A stretch of 64,000 nucleotides of DNA from Squalus acanthias (Eukaryota): positions 28,646,001 through 28,710,000 of the forward strand of contig CM059432.1 of NCBI GenBank assembly GCA_030390025.1, read 5' to 3'. A program made the position numbers and the translations under genes. Below are positions 60,101 to 64,000 of the stretch, piece by piece (the first letter of the stretch is position 1; the number at the start of each line of letters is the position of its first letter). Under the pieces are notes generated by a model. It had not been told where the DNA came from and made no database searches. It was given only the letters and a program-made list of their open reading frames with translations.

Positions 60101-61135
60101 TTTTTTTAATGCTCTCAGACCTATATGAATTATTATTTACTGTGACCATGTTTGATTTAAACCATTGAGTTCTTTGCCTTCTACTTTTGTTTTTCTCCTT
60201 CCTGTCTTTTGCTTTTATCCTTGTTTCCCTTTCCTCTGACTCCCTGCTCAGGTTCCCAACTTTAGTTTAAACCCTCCCCCAGAGCACTAGCAAACACTCC
60301 CCCTAGGACATCGGTCCCAGCCCTGCCCAGGTGCAGACCGTCCCGTTTGTACTGGTCCCACCTCCCCCAGAACCGGTTCTAATGTCCAAGGAATTTGAAT
60401 CCCTCCCCCTTGCACCATTCCTCTAGCCACGTATTAATTTGAAATATCCTCCTATTTCTACTCTGACTAGCACGTGGCACTGGTAGCAATCCTGAGATTA
60501 CTACCTTTGAGGTCCTATTTTTTAATTTACCTCCTAACTCCCTATATTCTGCTTTTAGGACCTCATCCCGTTTTTTACCTATATCGTTGATGCCTATGTG
60601 CACCACGACAACTGGCTGTTCGCCCTCCCCCTCCAAAATGTTCTGTAGCCGCTCCGAGATGTCCTTGACCCTTGCACCAGGGAGGCAACACACCATCCTG
60701 GAGTCTCGTTTGCGGCCGCAGAAACGCCTATCTATTCCCCTTACAATTGAATCCCCTATCACTATAGCTTTTCCACACTTTTTCCTCCCAGCCTGTGCAG
60801 CAGAGCCACCCATGGTGCCAGGAAGTTGGCTGCTGCTGCCTTCCCCTGATAAGTCATCCCCCCCAACAGTATCCAAAGTGGTATATCTGTTCGAGAGGGG
60901 GATGGCCACAGGGGACCCTTGCACTACCTGCCTGCACCTCTTACTCTGCCTGGTGGTCACCCATTCACTTCCTGCCTGTACACCCTTTACCTGCGGTGTG
61001 ACCAACTCGCTAAACGTGCTATCCACGACGTTCTCAGCGTCGCGAATGCTCCAATATGCATCCATCCGCAGCTCCAGCGCCTCAATGCGGTCTATCAGTA
61101 GCTGCAGCTGGATACACTTCCCACACACATGGTCG
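57184..61135 (-). mobile_element. Near full-length CR1 LINE (HER1-like): ORF1 esterase plus ORF2 APE-RT
   Basis: ORF1 at about 60262-61128 (CGKC, coiled coil, GDS, GIND, DGLH; one internal stop). ORF2 pieces 59934..60149, 59822..60022, 59046..59840 (GDFN, SDH), 57807..58874 (KFADD), 57680..57946 and 57284..57655. Tail (ttctatgt)n. Confidence 0.96.
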
Positions 61136-61759
61136 TCTTTTCACATGCTGACTAGTTTCTGTTTTGCACTTCCAACATTTTCTGTGGTTATCTCACATTT
61201 CAGCATGTCTGGAATCCCAGCAAGTCAGAGTTATCTGCTCGATTTTTATTTTATTCTCTTTCTTCTGTAGCCAATGATATTTTACTTCAAGTGTTTATCC
61301 AGTTCCCACTTTTCTTTTAGCTAACAGTAAAGAGCTGGATTGACAAATAATGTACTTATCTTTCATGGACAGTTCATTCTCAAATCCTCTGATAGACTAT
61401 GGAGTCAGTCAGCAGTAACAGGCAGCTAGATGTAAATGTGCATCATGGAAATCGCCCTCCCCTCCCCACAAACACACCCACACACCCACACACACACATG
61501 GCTGAGCGATGCCACAAGGAAATGATGTATGTTTCAATGGAAGCTGATGACACAGACCTCACTATGCAAAGAAGGCCCACTGACATTCAGCCTGTCCTCA
61601 CTTCATGATCATCAAAGGTGCTCTTCATATTCACTCCATCAAAACTGTGGTTTTGTTTATGAAAATAAATAATTCAACCCTGCAGCTTTCGAGCGCACAC
61701 TGCTTCTTCAATGCTGGTTTCTTTTGCAGAGCCATGTTTCACTCTTGAATACAATTAAG

Positions 61760-62090
61760 GGCCTATGTCTGAGACTATGGCTCAACTGGGGAACTCAAGT
61801 TTGGAAGCCATGCAGGCTGACCTGAGAGAGCTGACTTGAGGCCAGGTTTTACTGGCATAACCAGAATCTGAGGCTTAGCTCAAGCTGGAAGACTAGTTTC
61901 AGACCAAAGTTCAACTAGGAGACATAGGGCTGAGACCCAGGCTCCACTAGATTATTTTGAGATTAAAGCCTCATCCAGATCTGAGATCCAACATCAACTG
62001 GGAGATCTGGGTTTAAGATATAGGCTCTACTGGGAGACTTGGGTTTGAAATCCAAACCAGTCTAGGAAGATTATTTCAGACACAGGGCCT
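61760..62090. repeat. Degenerate tandem repeat, about 30-35 bp period
   Basis: Recurrent actgggagac..ggg(t)ttgagac..aggctc units. Confidence 0.55.
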
Positions 62091-62159
62091 AACAAGCTCA
62101 ATCCCTCACAGGAAGCATACAACTTACCCCTTTAATTCCACCGTAGAATATTATAAGGC

Positions 62160-62505
62160 TCGAGATGGATTGGCTGGTTAAAGAGCTACACCACAGGGAC
62201 CAGGAAGGTCCATGTTTTGATCTCCAGTCTTTGCTAAGTCAGCTGATCTCAGCCAGGTTGGTAGTAGAGGTGTTACAATTGGCCTCAACACACCTGGTAA
62301 GGGAAATCAGTCAGGGTTCCTGCTCCTGAATGCTATCCCTGCTCTAAGTGGGTGTTTGTGTGTGTGCATGTATATATACACATTGGGACAAAGAGTACAG
62401 GATCAGGCGCAGCTGTGATGCCTCAAGTAGTCAAATAGCTCACACATGAATAATAAGCACTCAAGCAAGATACTGGAGGGGAGAATCCCAGCATGAGTCA
62501 CTGCC
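62160..62505 (+). mobile_element. Old unnamed SINE-like repeat (one of about 10 copies in the window)
   Basis: Shared core gctaagt.agctgatctcagc...acaattggcctca...aatcag.cagggttcctgctcctg...gctgtgatgcc...cacacatgaa, also at about 16665, 17070, 29700, 31740, 34450 and 56330. Confidence 0.7.
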
Positions 62506-63687
62506 TACAGTAGAGGAGGAGTAAAATTTCTGGGGGGAAAAAAAATGTTATGGGTTGTTGTTTTCCTATCTTGCCTTGGAGAATATTTGCAAAGTAGTGG
62601 AAGAACTTTCAGGCTGATTAACAGTCTGACAGGCCATAACATGAACGCTCCTTCCATGGCTGTAACCATCTTTATACCAGCCGATAGGGTAGTTAGTCTT
62701 ATACAGCAGAAAGGTTTTATGGGCTCCGACAATCCACACAATGAGGGCTGGGACAAACACACCCAGATTTAAGAGCAAGAGTTCCGGTCTCCACTCAGGG
62801 GGACTGTCTGGAGCGGGCTTCAAACACTGCACCTTCTGACTCAGAGGCAGGAATGTTACCACTAAATCATTCCATACTATGGGCAAAAGCTGACAATTCA
62901 CTCTCACCTAGTATGATACGGTTCTTGTGTCTGTCAGAGTCAGCTCCTGTACATGTCCAGTATACACTGGGAAAAGCTGATAATCCAGAGCTGCGTGCCC
63001 TTGTGTCAGCTCCTGTACATGTTGTCCAGTTCCCAATACACGCTCTGTTGTGCAAAGCTCTGCACCCAGACCATTAAGTAGTAACATTTGCGCTATAATT
63101 TTAATAGAGTACTGGCATTACTACTATGAATTCTGGGAGTAGCCCACTACATAGCATTCTCTTGCTTTCACTCACATTCCATTGATTAAAAGCAAGAGGA
63201 ATCCAAGAATTCATTGGCACACTGCACAGGAGCACGTGATCAGAGTCCTGAAATATGAGGGTGTAATACACATTGGTGGCTTATTCCTATCTGGCACTGC
63301 ATCTCAGCACATGTGCTGGGTAGGTCTATACCAGATACAGCACAGAGTTGGGTGGCTCAAGGAGACAGCTGCGTTGATTTATCCGGCGTCTATGATGGGA
63401 ACAGTAGTCATAAAAATGGTGTTCAGCCTCTGTACATGTGGTCGACAGCCCCCTATAAGCGGCACACAGAACTTGTATGTGTGTGGCAAGTGCATAAACC
63501 TCCCGATACTGAATTCACACTTCCATCCTCAGGATTGCAAGCTCATGTGTGTGCTCTGTTCCAGTAAATCTTGGCATTGTTCTTGCTTTTGCTCAGTAAA
63601 TAATGCGGGGAAAGCAAAAGAATGCGAGAGAGATGGGCTAATTCCAACATTCATAGTGATAATGAAAGTCCTCCATTAAATCTGTGA

Positions 63688-63894
63688 CGGTGAATTTTAC
63701 GATTTAGCGGTCCTGGTGCAAAGCTTCACACGACAGATTGGGAATTCAGACACGGATATCAGTGTGCCCAGTTTGTGGCCTACATGATGTTTCATCTGTC
63801 AAATTAATGGATGACCTCCACGCCCGGATTCCTGATATGCGCTCCTGTCGTGCGAAATCTAATGCCGGAAGAGCTAAGTTCAAAATTTACCCCA
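63688..63894. mobile_element. Fold-back MITE
   Basis: ggtgaattttac..ttagc / gctaagttcaaaattttacccc; inner arms ttcacacgacag / ctgtcgtgcgaa. Confidence 0.6.
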
Positions 63895-64000
63895 ATAAAA
63901 GCTGCATAGACTCACCAGAGGGTTTTCACAATCACCATGGATGTTGGGACAGCCCCATCTCCTTGGTGATCTCTTGCATTTTCTGTCAAACAGCAGAAAA

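Noticed and set aside
60587..61270. 227-aa plus-strand ORF and other antisense ORFs over LINEs
   Set aside because: Shadow frames opposite transposon coding sequence.
62875..63030. Local duplication (gggaaaagctga...gtcagctcctgtacatgt, twice)
   Set aside because: Two diverged copies only, with no evidence of function.
63182..63679. 165-aa Cys-rich ORF
   Set aside because: Non-ATG start and no recognisable domain or exon structure.
17890..64000. PLCG coding exon 1 (LEVGTVMTLF...ETRQITW-like)
   Set aside because: No matching translation found by eye on the minus strand; it probably lies beyond the window.

Overview
Vertebrate, very probably shark/elasmobranch, genomic DNA. The taxon is inferred from the repeat complement (HE1-like V-SINE with a CR1 partner, Deu-domain SINEs, Penelope fold-backs). 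Three minus-strand coding exons of a phospholipase C-gamma gene (PLCG1-like; PH domain into the EF-hand region) lie at 17740-17889, 1379-1472 and 956-1003. Everything above 17.9 kb appears to be a large first intron, since no coding exon 1 was found. The introns are packed with decayed transposons: many CR1 LINEs (one near full length, with an SGNH-esterase ORF1), a Penelope-like RT/GIY-YIG element, a Tx1 fragment, Deu-SINEs, a V-SINE, an unnamed old SINE family, and PIF/Harbinger-derived non-autonomous elements with 3-bp TSDs. Most interesting: (1) a single-ORF APE-RT LINE whose two copies both start with a tRNA-like Pol III head and which has short head-plus-tail derivatives; (2) short Penelope-derived insertions carrying minimal hammerhead ribozyme motifs; (3) Harbinger derivatives carrying a CpG-rich promoter-like end and splice donor, some in the host gene's orientation. 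Repeat boundaries are read by eye and approximate unless a TSD is quoted.
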